Shown: piece after piece, positions 29,323-39,281 of the stretch
Layout: the number at the start of each line of letters is the position of its first letter
Position numbering within the stretch: the stretch's first letter is position 1
DNA from: an uncultured Nitrososphaerota archaeon
Lineage (GTDB): Archaea; Thermoproteota; Nitrososphaeria; Nitrososphaerales; Gagatemarchaeaceae
Direction: 5' to 3'
Length of the DNA stretch: 64,000 bases
Assembly (NCBI GenBank): GCA_963703285.1
Contig: OY969807.1
Span: 1,152,001-1,216,000 of the forward strand
Translations under genes and position numbers: made by a program
The notes under the pieces: model-generated
Told to the model about the DNA's origin: nothing
Databases searched by the model: none
What the model saw: the letters and a program-made list of their open reading frames with translations, nothing else

Positions 29323-29751
29323 TTATGGGAGGCCCTCGACATATCGGACGAAGGACGCCAGCTCCTCCCTGATAGGAGGTTCGAATTGCTCGCTATCCCT
29401 CGTTGACAGGACCTTGGCCCACAACCCCTTGACCCTTACGTCGAGCGTGGCCGTCACCTTCGTTCCCTCGGGCGTCTCCTCGAACGTGACCGTCCTCTTG
29501 GTCCGGGTGAACCTCTTCTCGCTCTCCCACTCGACCCTGCCGGGCGGGGTCAGCACAAGCCTCCTGGTAGCGCCCCGCGTTTCGCCGCCCGGCGTTTCCC
29601 CGCTCTCCAGGTAGACGGTGTCCCCCTCCCTCTTCGCGACCTTCACCGGGCCGGGGAGCTTCGCCCACTTGGGCATCGACTCGAAGTCGGTGTAGGCCGC
29701 GAAGACCTTTTCGCGCGGCGCCCTTGCAGTCACGGAGACTTCGATGTGCAC
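29323..29751 (-). CDS. SRPBCC/START-like protein
   Basis: APREKVFAAYTDFESMPKW, FEETPEGTKVT. Confidence 0.85.
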   Translation of the reverse strand: MHIEVSVTARAPREKVFAAYTDFESMPKWAKLPGPVKVAKREGDTVYLESGETPGGETRGATRRLVLTPPGRVEWESEKRFTRTKRTVTFEETPEGTKVTATLDVRVKGLWAKVLSTRDSEQFEPPIREELASFVRYVEGLP

Positions 29752-29810
29752 GGCAGCCGCCTAAAGCGGGGTCGGAGATTAAGGGGTTCCGGGGTGCCGG
29801 GGCGGCCGCA

Positions 29811-30242
29811 TCAGCTGGTCTGCTTCGGGGTCCCCGCCACGTAGCTGTTCCAGATCTTCAGCCTCGAGATGGTGTAGGCGAAGAGGAACCCCACAGCGAC
29901 GGCAAGGATGTATGCGATCGTGTAGACGATGACGGTGGAGAGCACGAGTGTGAGGACGTACTGGATTATCGTGGCCGCTGAGCCGTTGAGGAAGTACTTG
30001 GAGAACCGCCCGCGCGAGAGGAGCGGGGAGCGGAAGACGACCTCGGACTTCCAAGTGTAGTCAGTGAAGATCGAAGTCACGACGGCTATGAGGGTCGAGA
30101 GGTACAGGGGGAGGCCGACATCGTGAGTGAGGACGTAGAGCCAGCCGTCGATGATAAGGGCGTTGGCGGCGCCCGTCCCCGCGTAGAGAATCGAGAGCCG
30201 GTTCACGTAGAACCTGAAGAGGCGCCTGATCGTCGCTGCCAA
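29811..30242 (-). CDS. GtrA-like 4-TM protein
   Basis: Four TMs with VFR...RFSKYF and FAYTISRLKIW GtrA-like pattern. Confidence 0.65.
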   Translation of the reverse strand: MAATIRRLFRFYVNRLSILYAGTGAANALIIDGWLYVLTHDVGLPLYLSTLIAVVTSIFTDYTWKSEVVFRSPLLSRGRFSKYFLNGSAATIIQYVLTLVLSTVIVYTIAYILAVAVGFLFAYTISRLKIWNSYVAGTPKQTS

Positions 30243-30301
30243 CTACGGACTCCTGTCCAATCCCCGGCCGAATCGCCTTGTAAGCGCACCGATTGAATTC
30301 T

Positions 30302-30787
30302 CTACTGGAACGTTATCTGGATGCCGACCTGCAGGGTGAACGGGACTCCCCCTATGAACGTGACCGCCCAGTTCTGGTACTGCATGTGCTTCTTGAAATC
30401 GTCGAGGACGGCCATCAACCTGCTCAGTATGATGCTGATCACCTTCTGAGCGACCTCCTGCCCTGCGTCGGAGAGGTCCGAGAACGTCGATTGGATCCTG
30501 TTTACGTGCAGGACGGTGCCCGAGATCGAGTCGATGACCTGCTGCCTGGCGGGCTGCTGTGACGGCGGAGGGCCGAGCAACGAGAGACCATGGGTGAAGT
30601 GCTGACTCAGGAACTCTCTGAGCTCGTCAATCTTTGCCGTCGCGGCGGTCGCCGACTGGACTATCTTTGCCTGATGCTCCGGCGCCATCTGGCCCTTGCT
30701 GACGAGGTCTGAGGTCAGCGAGTTGATGGTCTGCATGTCCGCATCCTGCAGGGAGGGGCCGGAGGAGGATGATTCGTCGGTCGCCAT
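30302..30787 (-). CDS. Hypothetical protein
   Basis: Helical body with a C-terminal beta-hairpin; codon usage typical of the window. Confidence 0.65.
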   Translation of the reverse strand: MATDESSSSGPSLQDADMQTINSLTSDLVSKGQMAPEHQAKIVQSATAATAKIDELREFLSQHFTHGLSLLGPPPSQQPARQQVIDSISGTVLHVNRIQSTFSDLSDAGQEVAQKVISIILSRLMAVLDDFKKHMQYQNWAVTFIGGVPFTLQVGIQITFQ

Positions 30788-30905
30788 GTTGGGCCAACCA
30801 CTCATGAGTCGTAGATAACGTTAGCGCGATCAGGAGGACCCTTCGGGAGAGAATGCCAGCGGGGCGCGCCAAAGACGTATATCGCAAGCGCGATACGAAA
30901 GACCC

Positions 30906-32348
30906 ATGTCTGTAAGGCTATCGACGGGCGAAGAGATACCCATAGAGATGCACAAGGCACGGATGGTGCAGAAGATACAGCTGGTCCCTGTCGAGCGGCG
31001 GCTCGAGGCAATCGGGGAAGCAGGTTACAACACCTTCCTCCTCAAGACGAAGGACGTTTTCCTGGACATGCTAACGGACAGCGGTGTCAACGCGATGAGC
31101 GACAACCAGTTCGCCGGCATGATGAACGCCGACGACGCCTACGCGGGGAGCATGACCTTCTACGAGTTCGCGAAGGCGGTTGAGGACGTGCTGGGGTTCA
31201 AGCACGTCATGAACACCCACCAGGGAAGGGGAGCCGAGCACCTGCTGGCGAAGGTGTTCGCCAAGCCCGGAGGCGTCGTCCCAACTAACTACCACTTCAC
31301 AACTACCAAGGCCCACATAGAGCTGCAGGGGATGCGGGTATTGGAGATCTACTACGACGACGCGCTGAAGACGGAGAGCCCCAACCCGTTCAAGGGAAAC
31401 ATGGACCCCGACAAGCTGAGGAGGGTCGTCGACGAGTACGGGACGGAGAAGATAGGCTTCGTGCGGATGGAGGCCACGACCAACCTCATCGGCGGCCAGC
31501 CGTTCTCGATGGAGAACCTGAAGGAGATAGGGCGGATCTGCTCCGAGAACGGCCTCCTCCTCGTCCTGGACGGCAGCCTGATTTGCGAGAACGCGTACAT
31601 GATAGGCCAGCGAGAGAAGGGATACGAGGGGAAGACGGTCGCCGAGATTGTCAAGGAGATGTGCAGCGTCCCCGACGTCTACTACATGAGCGGAAGGAAG
31701 AACACGAGCGTCAGGGGCGGGTGCATCGCGACCAACGACCTGGGGATCTTCGAGCTGATAAAACCCTGGCTGCCCGTCTACGAGGGCTTCATCACCTATG
31801 GCGGGATGTCCATGAGGGAGATCGGCGCCATGGCCGTCGGGATGAGGGAGATGGTCGACCCCAGCGTCGCGGGATGCTCTGTGGAGCAGATCAGGTACTT
31901 CGTAAACAAGCTCGTCAAGGCGGGCATCCCGGCCGTCACGCCGCCGGGAGGACTAGCCTGCCACCTCGACGCGAAGAGGTTCCTCCCCCAGGTCCCGCAG
32001 TCCGAGTACCCGGCTGGAGCGCTGGCTGCGGCGCTGTACATAGCTTCGGGGATAAGGGCAATGGAGAGGGGGACGATATCCACCGACCGCGACAAGGAGG
32101 GAAGGGACGTCCTCGCGGACGTCGAGCTGACGAGGATAGCCATGCCAAGGAGGGTCTACACCATGTCACACATCGAGTACGCCATCGACAGGATAGAGTG
32201 GCTCTACGGGCACAGGGAGCTGGTGAAGGGGCTGAGGTTCGTCTCCGAACCCCCCGTCCTCAGGTTCTTCTTCGGGAAGCTGGAGGCCCTGGACGACTGG
32301 GGGACGGGCCTGAAGGAAGCCTACAGGAAGGAGATGGGCGACATCTGA
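30906..32348 (+). CDS. tnaA: Tryptophanase / tyrosine phenol-lyase family PLP beta-eliminating lyase
   Basis: DMLTDSG, GDDAYAG-like, HQGRGAE, MSGRK (PLP Lys), TYGGM, PRRVYT. Confidence 0.85.
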   Translation: MSVRLSTGEEIPIEMHKARMVQKIQLVPVERRLEAIGEAGYNTFLLKTKDVFLDMLTDSGVNAMSDNQFAGMMNADDAYAGSMTFYEFAKAVEDVLGFKHVMNTHQGRGAEHLLAKVFAKPGGVVPTNYHFTTTKAHIELQGMRVLEIYYDDALKTESPNPFKGNMDPDKLRRVVDEYGTEKIGFVRMEATTNLIGGQPFSMENLKEIGRICSENGLLLVLDGSLICENAYMIGQREKGYEGKTVAEIVKEMCSVPDVYYMSGRKNTSVRGGCIATNDLGIFELIKPWLPVYEGFITYGGMSMREIGAMAVGMREMVDPSVAGCSVEQIRYFVNKLVKAGIPAVTPPGGLACHLDAKRFLPQVPQSEYPAGALAAALYIASGIRAMERGTISTDRDKEGRDVLADVELTRIAMPRRVYTMSHIEYAIDRIEWLYGHRELVKGLRFVSEPPVLRFFFGKLEALDDWGTGLKEAYRKEMGDI

Positions 32349-32480
32349 GCGCTACGGCTCGATGGCGTCGCACCTCCCCTCTGCCGCCCAAGGTCATTAC
32401 TTCGGAGCGCACGAAGACTCTTCCGGTACCTTGTAACCTAAGAATTTCAAAGAGACTAGGAATAAGAACTCGGCTCACCC

Positions 32481-32846
32481 ATGGTGATGGCAAGCGTCTT
32501 GCAGCTAGGAACCCTGAACGAGAGGCCTTGGGGCCACTTTACGGCCTACGTGGTTAACGGTCAGCGCGTCACCGTCAAGGTGATAGCGATTAACCCGGGC
32601 CAGCGCATGAGCCTGCAGTACCACTCAGAAAGGAGCGAGAGGTGGATCTGCCTTCAGGGCGTGGCCTTGGTGGAGATTGACGGCAGAAAGACGACCTTGC
32701 GTCCGGATCAGGAGGCCCGAGTCCCTGTGGGGGCCAGACACCGACTCGGCGCTGGACCGGAAGGGGCGATGGTCCTGGAGATCGCCGAAGGCGACTTCAG
32801 CGAGGACGACATAGTCAGGCTGGAGGACGATTACGGCAGACCCTGA
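32481..32846 (+). CDS. Phosphomannose isomerase type II C-terminal cupin
   Basis: ERPWG, SLQYH..RSE.W, HRL, EDDIVRLEDDYGR. Confidence 0.9.
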   Translation: MVMASVLQLGTLNERPWGHFTAYVVNGQRVTVKVIAINPGQRMSLQYHSERSERWICLQGVALVEIDGRKTTLRPDQEARVPVGARHRLGAGPEGAMVLEIAEGDFSEDDIVRLEDDYGRP

Positions 32847-32902
32847 GCCGAGAATCGGCCAGGTTTCCGACCCCCGTCTGCCCATGGACGAACAACCGGG
32901 AA

Positions 32903-33472
32903 TCACACCCTGCAGACGAAGCCGTAGAGATGTGGCCCGGCGCTTATCGAAGTCGTAACGCGGAACCCGGCCCCGGAGAGGAGCTTCATGGACTCGTCCT
33001 TGCTCAGCCGAATGTCCAAGGGTGGACCGACGGTTGAACGGACCTTCCGCCAGTCGACGTTGACGACCGACGCTCCCTGCTTGGATATCCGCCTGATCTC
33101 CCTGAAGAGCGAGCCCTTGTCCTCTATGTCGTGGAGGACGAGCACGAGGAGCGTCAAGTCCACGGAGGATGAGGGGATGCCCGTCTTCGAGACGTCGGCC
33201 CGTATCGTCCGGACCCTCTCCGCGTCCGTGCCCGTCTTCTCGATGTTGGCCCTCAGGTGCCGCAGCATGGTCGGGTCTGCGTCGACCGCGTAGACCAACC
33301 CCCTCCCGCCTACCAGCGAGGCAACGGGCAGGGTGAAGAACCCCGGGCCGCATCCCAGATCGGCGACGACCATCCCTTTCCTGATCCCGATTTTCCTCGC
33401 CGTCTCAATCGGGTCCTGCCACTCCTTCCTTTCTTCGGAGTAGAGTCGCTTCGCGAAGGCGTCGGAGTCCAC
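32903..33472 (-). CDS. Class I SAM methyltransferase
   Basis: VADLGCGPG, YAVD, GPP..IR. Confidence 0.88.
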   Translation of the reverse strand: MDSDAFAKRLYSEERKEWQDPIETARKIGIRKGMVVADLGCGPGFFTLPVASLVGGRGLVYAVDADPTMLRHLRANIEKTGTDAERVRTIRADVSKTGIPSSSVDLTLLVLVLHDIEDKGSLFREIRRISKQGASVVNVDWRKVRSTVGPPLDIRLSKDESMKLLSGAGFRVTTSISAGPHLYGFVCRV

Positions 33473-33520
33473 GCCCTGGCTGTCCAGGGCTCGGCTAAAA
33501 GAGTCGGTCGGTGGAGGTGG

Positions 33521-33952
33521 CTAGGCGCTGCTTGTGCTGAGATATGGTTTGAACTTGCTCTCGATGTAGGCCTTCGGGGACGCCCCGACGAGACCGTCGA
33601 CCGCGACGCCGTTCTTGAAGACGAGCATCGTCGGGATGCTCTGGACGCCGAACTTGCTTGATACCATGGGGTTGTCGTCGACGTTGAGCTTTCCGAAGGT
33701 CACCCTCCCGGCGTACTCCCTCGAAAGCTCCTCGACTATCGGCCCGACCATCCTGCACGGCCCGCACCAGGGAGCCCAGAAATCCACGACCACGAGCGGG
33801 TGCTTCGAGAGCTCGGAGGCGAAGGTCGCGTCCGTGAGCACGACCGGCCCGCCCGCGGCGCTACCCTCCGTTGCCCCTGCTACCTTCTGCCTCTGAATCA
33901 TCTCTTGCATCTTCCTCTCGTTTATCTTCTCAATTTCATCGTCTTGTGACAA
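33521..33952 (-). CDS. trxA: Thioredoxin
   Basis: DFWAPWCGPC and SIPT; start moved to TTG 33952. Confidence 0.92.
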   Translation of the reverse strand: MSQDDEIEKINERKMQEMIQRQKVAGATEGSAAGGPVVLTDATFASELSKHPLVVVDFWAPWCGPCRMVGPIVEELSREYAGRVTFGKLNVDDNPMVSSKFGVQSIPTMLVFKNGVAVDGLVGASPKAYIESKFKPYLSTSSA

Positions 33953-34053
33953 GTCATTTTCCCTTGTGTCGAGAAGGGCCGGGATGTTTAAGTATCTTGC
34001 GCTATTGCCAATACTACGCAATACCTATAACTCTGGTAACCCAGAGGGGAGGC

Positions 34054-34458
34054 GTGGACAGCATCCAGCTTCTGACGAGGAAAGGAGCCAACTGCACCGA
34101 GCTTCTGAGCTGCCTCTACGGGCTGAAGCCGATGGAGGTGCAGGTATTCTATGTTCTTGCAGGGAGGGGGAGCGCGACGGTTGACGAGGTCTCCGCGTCC
34201 GTCGGGCGCGACAGGACGACGGTCCACCGGTGCCTCAGCAAGCTAGTCAGCGCAGGACTGGTCTACAGGCAGGCCAGCAGCCTGAAGGACGGCGGCTACA
34301 GGTACGTCTACATGCCCGCCGAACCGTCGAGGATCAGGGTGCTAGCAGAGGAGAGGGTGAGGGAGATCGCCACGAGCCTTCAGTCGCTCGTCGACAACTT
34401 CGAGCGCGACCTGAAGGCGCGCACCGGCCGGGAAGGTCCTCAGCCCGCCGTTCGGTGA
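34054..34458 (+). CDS. TrmB-like wHTH regulator with Cys pair
   Basis: CTELLSCLYGL, TVDEV...RDRTTVHR.L.KL, GGY.YVY. Confidence 0.8.
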   Translation: MDSIQLLTRKGANCTELLSCLYGLKPMEVQVFYVLAGRGSATVDEVSASVGRDRTTVHRCLSKLVSAGLVYRQASSLKDGGYRYVYMPAEPSRIRVLAEERVREIATSLQSLVDNFERDLKARTGREGPQPAVR

Positions 34459-35739
34459 GGTTCCCTGAAGCGGAAGAAACAGTAGACGCTGGCCAGGGCC
34501 GCGGCTACCAGTCCCGGAATCATCAGCAGCCCCACGAACGGCACGAGGACTATCGAAGCCCCGAGCGAGAGCAGCGGGACGACCCTGCGCGCGCCCCTCT
34601 CGCGGAGGAGCTTCACCCCGCAGGCGGACCCGATTATGTAGGTCAGGACGGCTGCTCCGCTCGTCCCCAGGAACCCCGTCTGGACCCCGATGCGAAGGAA
34701 GTAGAAGCAGACGAGGCTGACCAGATTGAGCGAAATCAGAGCGACCATCGCGCGTCGGGGCACGCCCGAGCCGGCGTCGACGGACCCTAGGAAGGAGGGC
34801 AGGCCGCCTCCTCGGGCCGCGGCGTAGATTATCCTCGCGAGCCCGCCCGTGTAGGCGTTGACGGTGCCGAAGATCACCACGATTGCGAGCAGAGAGACGG
34901 CGAGCCCGCCGTAGGACCCGACCACCCGAGACATCATGACGGCGAAGGGGGCTAGACCTCCTCCGCTGGTGTAGGCGCCCGTCCCGATGACTGAGATGGC
35001 GACCAGCATGTAGAGGGAGGCTATGAGCACGACGCTTATCGTCACGCTCCTCCCGAAGTCGCGGGCGGGGTCCTTGAACTCCTCCGCGACGTTCGAGACG
35101 TTCTCGTAGCCTAGGAACGACCAGACTATCAGCGCCGACGCCGTGCCGACAGCCGCCAGGCCGTTGGGGAAGACGGGAGTGAAGTTGGACGGGCGGATGT
35201 CCCCCGCTGAGGCGGCTATCGCGACGAGCAGGACCGCTATGATGATGGCGACCGTCGCGAGCTGCACGCGACCGCTCAACTTGATCCCGAGGAAGTTGAT
35301 GGCGAAGGCCAGGATGAGTATCGTCGCGGCGACGAGGAAGGTCTCGGGGCTCGTCATCGGGATAGAGTAGGACAGGTAGGCTGCGGCCGAGAGCGTGATC
35401 GCCGGCGCGCCGCAGACCACCCAGGCGACGAAGAGCCAGGCGACGACCGTGGCCGCGCGGACCCCGTAGGCTTCCTTCGCGAAGGCGTAGATCCCCTCCC
35501 GACTCCGGTCTGCGCGCGGAGAGCCTTGAGAAGGTGTATGCGAACGGGTAGCTGGCGAGCGAGAGAAGGAGCCAGGCGATGAGCGAACCAGGTCCGGCGA
35601 CCTTGGCTGCCAGACCCGGCACCACGAGGACCCCTGCGCCGAGGACGGAGGTGATGTACATCGCGACGGCGTACCTGAGGGTGATGACCCGCCTGAGGGG
35701 AGGATGTGATTCATCCCCGCCGGGTGCCTTGGCACTCAC
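34440..35739 (-). CDS. APC-family amino acid permease (frameshift near 35493-35496)
   Basis: N-terminal LGAGV...RPESGG in one frame continues as IYAFAKEAYG...SFLGYE...AEE in another; one extra G in a G run. Confidence 0.85.
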
Positions 35740-35817
35740 GCGTGCCGCGGCGATGGCGCGCTATAAATGTCGGACGGGCGGGCTCGGTGTGTACGGAGAC
35801 TCGTCGGTGAAAGTCCT

Positions 35818-36075
35818 CTACGGCTTGGGCTCTTCCTTCTTTTCATCGGCGGGCTTGTCGGGCGGGAACCCGGGAATCTTGCCCTTGTTCCGAGCGAAGA
35901 GCACGCCCGCGAAGACGGCCAGGCTGAAGGCCGTGACGAAGAGTGGCAGGACGTAGGCTTCCACCAGGATCGCAGAGACACCTCCGGACCATGCCACGGT
36001 GGTCACGAATACCACGACTGCAGCCAGGAGCGTCGCGAAAATCGAGAGTATGACCGTCTTGTGCTCGTCCGCCAA
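35818..36075 (-). CDS. Small 2-TM protein
   Basis: Two hydrophobic helices and a charged tail. Confidence 0.65.
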   Translation of the reverse strand: MADEHKTVILSIFATLLAAVVVFVTTVAWSGGVSAILVEAYVLPLFVTAFSLAVFAGVLFARNKGKIPGFPPDKPADEKKEEPKP

Positions 36076-36117
36076 CGTCCCTCAGTAGGAGCGGCCAGTT
36101 CTAAAAGGTGTTGCCCT

Positions 36118-37197
36118 CTAGGACGTGGGGGAGAACGCCACGTTGCTGACGACCGCGCCCGAAGATGTCTCGCCACCGGAGCAGAATATCGCACCATCCG
36201 AGCTCACGCAGGAGAGCCCCCAGACGGCGACCGGATAGTTCGTGTCCTCGACCCACTGGCCTACCCCCGAAGTAGAGAGCGGGGCGTGATAGACTGCGTC
36301 CGAGACGTTGGGACCGGTGTGACCGCCCATGCAGTAGATCCAGCCGCTCACAGTCACGCACGAGAGAAGGTTAGCCCCAACCGTAAAGGGGTAGACGGTG
36401 GTGTTCGTCCAGCGACCGACCCCCGCGGACGAGACAGTGGCATAATACACGGCCGTGTTGTCGAGTCCGCCCACGCAGTAGAGGTCGCTGCTGGTCGCCA
36501 CGCACGATTCCTGCCTGACGCCTACCGGGTAGCCCGTCGTGTTCGTCCAGGCGCCGAGCCCGGCGGAGGAGTAGGGGGCGAAGTAGACTCCGCTCGTCCC
36601 CGTCTCTGCTGGTGTGTTCCCGCCGACGCAGTAGACACCGAAGCTGGAGGGTGCGCAGGACTGAGTCCAAATGGGGGACGGATAGCTCGTGGTGGCCTTC
36701 CACGCGCCGACTCCCGATGAGGAAAGAGTCGCATAGTAGACGTCGTTTGTGATCGCCGTGCTGTTGACGCCGCCGATGCAGTACATCATGCCGGCCCATG
36801 CGACGCAGGACCCCGAGCGGATGCTCGTCGGATAGCTCGTGGTCTGGGTCCACGGACCGACCCCGGTCTGGGAGAGTGGCGCGAAGTAGGTCGAGCTGGT
36901 TATGTCCGAGTTGTCAATCCCGGCCACGCCTCCCACGCAGTAGACGTATCCTCCCGACGCGACGCAGGACTGCGTCCAGATCTCGGTCGGGTAGCTTGTG
37001 GAGGTGCCCCAGGCCAGGGCCGCGACGGCGCTCGAACTGGTCGTGGAGGTGCTGGTGGTCGAGGTCATCGTGGCGAGGTGTCCCGCCGAGTAGGTGACCG
37101 TGGTGGTCACGACCATCGTGACGACGATGATCGTGATTATCGAGCCGAAAAGCGCACCGCTGTCGGTTGGGCCGCTGCCCTGGGCGTAGCTAGACAT
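36118..37197 (-). CDS. Membrane-anchored Kelch-like repeat protein
   Basis: N-terminal TM, S/T stalk, and about five full repeats W..TT.YP.....SCV....YCVGG. Confidence 0.8.
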   Translation of the reverse strand: MSSYAQGSGPTDSGALFGSIITIIVVTMVVTTTVTYSAGHLATMTSTTSTSTTSSSAVAALAWGTSTSYPTEIWTQSCVASGGYVYCVGGVAGIDNSDITSSTYFAPLSQTGVGPWTQTTSYPTSIRSGSCVAWAGMMYCIGGVNSTAITNDVYYATLSSSGVGAWKATTSYPSPIWTQSCAPSSFGVYCVGGNTPAETGTSGVYFAPYSSAGLGAWTNTTGYPVGVRQESCVATSSDLYCVGGLDNTAVYYATVSSAGVGRWTNTTVYPFTVGANLLSCVTVSGWIYCMGGHTGPNVSDAVYHAPLSTSGVGQWVEDTNYPVAVWGLSCVSSDGAIFCSGGETSSGAVVSNVAFSPTS

Positions 37198-37321
37198 GCG
37201 TCGGCTGAATCGTATGGGGGGAGGTGCCGTGGCTTAAGCGTTTTCGGTCGTCACTCAGGGAAAGTCCGAACCTGACGGGAGGACTCCGGAGGCGATCTGG
37301 AGGAGCAAAATCGGATACTCC

Positions 37322-38545
37322 TCATTGCCTTGCAGAGTAGAGGACGAACGCCGCGGCGGCGAACGGCGCCAGTGACAAAAGGAAGGGGGCCGCGGGAGAG
37401 ACACCCGAGTAGAGAAGCCCGGCCGCAACCTGGGACGGCAGCGAGACCAGCGCAGGCAGGAGGCTGAACATGGCCAGGATCTTCCCCCTGTCAGACGGGG
37501 AGACGGTCTCGGCCTGCATGGTCGCAATCGAGGGCGTCTGTATCGCGGTCGCGACCGCACCAGTCACCCCCCACTCGAGAAGCTCGTCCATTGTCTTCGC
37601 CTGTAGGAAGATCACGTTGCTAACCGGGGCTGCGGTCGACGCGAGGAGCACGCTCCTCCTGGCGCCGATCCTCCTGACCAGGAATATCACTGTGAGCATC
37701 AGGGCCACTGTCGTCACGCCGGCGAGGTCCACAACGAGGCTGTAGCTCAGCGGGCTTATCCGGAGGTGGTCGACCACGTAAATCGAGACAAAGGGAGAGG
37801 TCAGGCCCGTGCCGACCCCAGCCAGTGTCACGTAGACGAGGAGCTTCCTCACGAGCGAGCTGGACCGCCTCGCGGCGCGGATCCCGGAGGTCAGTGATTC
37901 CCTGACGTAGCTGCGGAGCGGCCTCTTCTCGGTGGGAGCGGGGATGTAGGTCTCCCGAAGCCTCATGGTCCTGATTGAGACCGCTAAAAGCCCGAACGTC
38001 GCGCTCGCAAGGTACGCGACCTTGACGCCGTTCAGTATTCCGTAGTACTCCATCAGGAGCCCTCCGAAGGTCGGGATGAACATCGAGGGGATGGTGTTTA
38101 TTACGTTGAAGACCGCGAAGCCGCGGATCCTGTCGGCGGGTCTGATCTCGTCCATCATCACCGAGTTGAACGCCGGGGTGTAGATGCTGGCGAGGGACGC
38201 CATGGTAAGGGGCAGGACGAGGTAGTAGTACGATGTCGTGAGCGAGTAGATGAACGCGCTCGCGACCGAGACCCAGCTGAAGGTTATGATGACTCGCTTC
38301 CTCCCCCAGGTGTCTGCGACGTATCCGCCGACGAGCAGAGCGAGGATGGTGACCGCCGTGCCGTATCCGATGAGCAGGCCCACGACGAGGGGCGTCGCTC
38401 CCAGCGCCGAGAAGTAGAGCGTCTGGTAGGGGGTCGCCATCGCGCTCCCCACCGTCCAGATGGCCGAGGTGGACGTGAGGACCCAAGCGCTCCTGGGCAG
38501 GTACAGGAAGTCTCTGAGCCTAGATGGACCGCTCACTCTCGTCAC
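37322..38545 (-). CDS. MFS transporter
   Basis: GGYVADTWGRKR motif A; about 12 TMs; start uncertain. Confidence 0.88.
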   Translation of the reverse strand: MTRVSGPSRLRDFLYLPRSAWVLTSTSAIWTVGSAMATPYQTLYFSALGATPLVVGLLIGYGTAVTILALLVGGYVADTWGRKRVIITFSWVSVASAFIYSLTTSYYYLVLPLTMASLASIYTPAFNSVMMDEIRPADRIRGFAVFNVINTIPSMFIPTFGGLLMEYYGILNGVKVAYLASATFGLLAVSIRTMRLRETYIPAPTEKRPLRSYVRESLTSGIRAARRSSSLVRKLLVYVTLAGVGTGLTSPFVSIYVVDHLRISPLSYSLVVDLAGVTTVALMLTVIFLVRRIGARRSVLLASTAAPVSNVIFLQAKTMDELLEWGVTGAVATAIQTPSIATMQAETVSPSDRGKILAMFSLLPALVSLPSQVAAGLLYSGVSPAAPFLLSLAPFAAAAFVLYSARQ

Positions 38546-38662
38546 CCGGGACAAGCTGCGTGATTTCTGGGTTATTTCAGTTCGGCGTTCCGACGCAGGC
38601 AGAATCGACCCGGCCGGCTCCCGAGACCTTAAATCGTACGGAGCGTTCGGGTGTCGATACGA

Positions 38663-39265
38663 ATGGCGCAAGAACATCCACCTCTAGAGATAGACAGGGG
38701 CAAGACGGCCCTGGTGGTCATCGACCTGCAGAAGGGGATCTCCGGAAGGCAGACCGCCCCGCACGAAAGCGGCATGGTAGTCGCGAACGCTGCGAAGCTC
38801 GCAGACGCGTTCAGGAGGAACGGCATGCCGGTCTTCCTGGTCCACGTAGTGGCCGCCGAGGCTGACAGGCTCAAGCCGATTGCGGACCAGCAACCCTGGA
38901 GGTCGGGAGGCCAGCCCCCCAGCGACTTCGCCGACATCGTCCCAGAGCTCGGGCCGAAGGAGAGCGACGTGGTGATAACCAAGAAGCAGTGGGGCGCGTT
39001 CTATGGGACAGAGCTCGACCTCCAGCTGAGGAGGAGGAAGATGGAGACCATCGTGCTCTGTGGGATATCGACGAACATAGGCGTGGAGAGCACGGCGCGG
39101 TTCGCCTACGAGTTCGGATATCAGCAGATATTCGCATCAGACGCTATGGCTGCGAACTCGGCCGAGGAGCATGACGGCGCCTTGAACCATACCTTCAGGC
39201 GAATCGGAAGGGTGAGGACGACCGCCGAGATAATCGACGCGCTGATGCGGCCGCGCACTTCGTGA
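38663..39265 (+). CDS. Isochorismatase-family cysteine hydrolase
   Basis: LVVIDLQ, TKKQWGAFYGT, GISTNIGVESTAR. Confidence 0.9.
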   Translation: MAQEHPPLEIDRGKTALVVIDLQKGISGRQTAPHESGMVVANAAKLADAFRRNGMPVFLVHVVAAEADRLKPIADQQPWRSGGQPPSDFADIVPELGPKESDVVITKKQWGAFYGTELDLQLRRRKMETIVLCGISTNIGVESTARFAYEFGYQQIFASDAMAANSAEEHDGALNHTFRRIGRVRTTAEIIDALMRPRTS

Positions 39266-39281
39266 CAGGGCTTCGACCAGA

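Noticed and set aside
28400-30300. Integron-like cassette array of small genes (DUF1294, GNAT, SRPBCC, GtrA)
   Set aside because: Mixed orientations, no attC-like repeats and no integrase.
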